Part shown: positions 56,146 through 57,428 of the stretch, piece by piece
Layout of the letters: every line of letters begins with the position of its first letter
How positions within the stretch are numbered: the stretch's first letter is position 1
NCBI GenBank assembly: GCA_039928475.1
Contig: JBDSTA010000367.1
Coordinates: forward strand, 1-57,428
DNA from: Gemmatimonadaceae bacterium
GTDB taxonomy: Bacteria; Gemmatimonadota; Gemmatimonadetes; Gemmatimonadales; Gemmatimonadaceae
Reading direction: 5' to 3'
DNA length: 57,428 bases
Position numbers and translations under genes: made by a program
Notes under the pieces: generated by a model
Seen by the model: only the letters and a program-made list of their open reading frames with translations
What the model was told of the DNA's origin: nothing
Database searches by the model: none

Positions 56146-57426
56146 TCAGGGCCTCACGAGGGCACCGGGAACGTGCTCGAGGCCGATGCTCTTCAGCACG
56201 GCGGCGAAGCGCGGCTCGCCGCGCAGCGAATCGAAGGGCTGCGCCGATGCGACGAAGCTCAGGTTGTACGAACGCTCCGCGACCGCCGACTCGAGCAGCG
56301 ACAGCGCGGTCTCGCGATCGCCAAGGCCCAGGTGCACCTGCGAAAGCGTGAAGGCGGAGATGTATTCCGTAGTGCGGGCGCCTTCCATCTGCGCCAGCAG
56401 TGCGCGCGCCTCATCCGTGCGCCCGGTGAGGCTGAGCGCTATGCCGAGTCCCCCAATGGAGGTCAGCCTCGGTGAGGGAATGGCGCGGAACACGCGAATG
56501 GATTCGTCGTACTGCCCGCGGCTGAGGTTCGCGTAGCCGAGGAGCACCATGGCCAGCCCGAACGAGGGATCCATGTCGAGCGCGATGCGGTAGTCGTGAA
56601 TCGCATCGTCGTACCGGCGCGCGTAGTAGGCGACGTAGCCCTTGATGGTGATGATCGGCACGGAGATGGGGTCGATCTCCGCCGCGCGCGCGATGGCGTC
56701 CGCCGCGCGCTCGTGCCGGCCGGTGGCCGAGAGCAGAAGGGCATAGTACGTGTGCGCGAGGGCATACCGCGGGTTGAGCGCGATGGCCTCGAGGTACGAC
56801 TGCTCGCCCGCGCGCCAATCCCATGCATAGTGCGCCTGCGCCACGCCGAGCGTCGTATGCGCCTCGGCGAGCGTCGCATCGAGGCTCAGCGCGCGCTCGG
56901 CGGACGCCGTCGCCTTGGGAAATGCGTCGATCGGCCGCATGTACTCGTACGCGCCGAGCGACGCGAAGGCGTCGGCGAGGCCGGCGTAGGGCAGCGCGTA
57001 CAGCGGATCGATCTCCAGCGCCTCGCGGAAGCACTGGATCGCCTTCTGCGTGCTGCCGGCCTGCCGGTGATTCCACAGGTGCCGCCCGCGCAGGTAGAGC
57101 TGGTAGGCCTCCACGCTCGCCGTGGGCCGCTTCACCATCGCGCGGTGATCGAGGCCGGACAGCGTGACGCGCAGCGAGTTCACCACCGACGCGGCGATGT
57201 CGTCCTGCAACGCGAAGATGTCGCTCGCGTCACGGTCGTACCGCTCGGACCATAGCTCGCGCCCGTCGCTCGTGTCGCTGAGGAATGCGGAGATGCGCAG
57301 CCGGTCGCCCATGCGCTGCACCGTGCCTTCGAGCACGCTGCCCACGTTGAGCTCGCGCCCCAGGTCCGCCGGCGCAACGGTGCGATTCCGGTAGGGCAGG
57401 GACGCCGAGCGCGCCGCAACCTTGAG
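56146..57426 (-). CDS. TPR-repeat protein, 5'-truncated by the window edge, mirror copy
   Basis: Exact mirror of 3..1283. It runs off the right edge of the window. Confidence 0.78.
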   Translation of the reverse strand, partial: LKVAARSASLPYRNRTVAPADLGRELNVGSVLEGTVQRMGDRLRISAFLSDTSDGRELWSERYDRDASDIFALQDDIAASVVNSLRVTLSGLDHRAMVKRPTASVEAYQLYLRGRHLWNHRQAGSTQKAIQCFREALEIDPLYALPYAGLADAFASLGAYEYMRPIDAFPKATASAERALSLDATLAEAHTTLGVAQAHYAWDWRAGEQSYLEAIALNPRYALAHTYYALLLSATGRHERAADAIARAAEIDPISVPIITIKGYVAYYARRYDDAIHDYRIALDMDPSFGLAMVLLGYANLSRGQYDESIRVFRAIPSPRLTSIGGLGIALSLTGRTDEARALLAQMEGARTTEYISAFTLSQVHLGLGDRETALSLLESAVAERSYNLSFVASAQPFDSLRGEPRFAAVLKSIGLEHVPGALVRP

Positions 57427-57428
57427 CG

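Larger units (their letters stand above)
28715..57428. repeat. Right arm of the perfect inverted repeat (exact reverse complement of 1..28714)
   Basis: Same evidence as the left arm. The centre reads agca|tgct with no spacer. Confidence 0.97.

Noticed and set aside
1-57428. Interpreting the duplicated genes (two cox operons, two dacB, and so on) as paralogues or a segmental duplication under selection.
   Set aside because: The copies are identical at every position, including intergenic DNA and antisense frames. They are arranged as one spacerless mirror, so there is no independent evolutionary history to infer.
1-57428. A composite transposon or inverted-repeat-flanked mobile element, or a hairpin-telomere phage or plasmid.
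   Set aside because: No transposase, integrase, protelomerase, replication or phage structural genes are present. There is no unique central segment between the arms. The gene content is chromosomal housekeeping.

Overview
This very GC-rich bacterial window is a single perfect palindrome. Position x on the + strand equals the reverse complement of position 57429-x, with the pivot between 28714 and 28715 and no spacer. It therefore holds only 28,714 nt of unique sequence, and every gene appears twice as an exact mirror copy. Both window ends stop inside the same 5'-truncated TPR gene. The pivot sits in the loop of a native-looking bidirectional intrinsic terminator downstream of dacB. The most economical reading is a fold-back (snap-back) chimera from amplification, library preparation or assembly. 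A real hairpin-ended replicon or palindromic amplification cannot be excluded from sequence alone.

Unique content of arm A, in order:
- TPR protein (partial) and an MBL-fold hydrolase.
- A minus-strand operon: GMC/cholesterol-oxidase-like flavoenzyme fused to an alpha/beta-hydrolase, a nitroreductase-superfamily protein, and an RCC1-repeat lipoprotein.
- A divergent plus-strand operon: di-heme c-type cytochrome lipoprotein, split metallophosphoesterase, membrane-embedded trypsin-like protease with a cytoplasmic catalytic domain, secreted trypsin-like protease with a beta-barrel-like tail, and a secreted unknown protein. This operon is the best candidate for an uncharacterised system.
- A cNMP-binding-domain::aspartate ammonia-lyase fusion and a type II phosphoribosyltransferase (NAPRTase-like).
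- An 8-nt-phased GACWGTC repeat hairpin and a small hypothetical protein.
- A caa3-type cytochrome c oxidase operon (ctaC-ctaD-ctaE-ctaF-ctaG).
- A 318-bp REP-like array of GC-rich triloop hairpins with its own dyad symmetry.
- A 4-TM membrane protein, an HGSNAT/DUF5009-like membrane acyltransferase, and PBP4 (dacB).

I saw no rRNA, tRNA, CRISPR-cas, transposase, integrase or phage hallmark genes. Many long ORFs in the track are antisense shadow ORFs typical of high-GC DNA and were not called. All functional calls rest on motifs read by eye. No database search was run.
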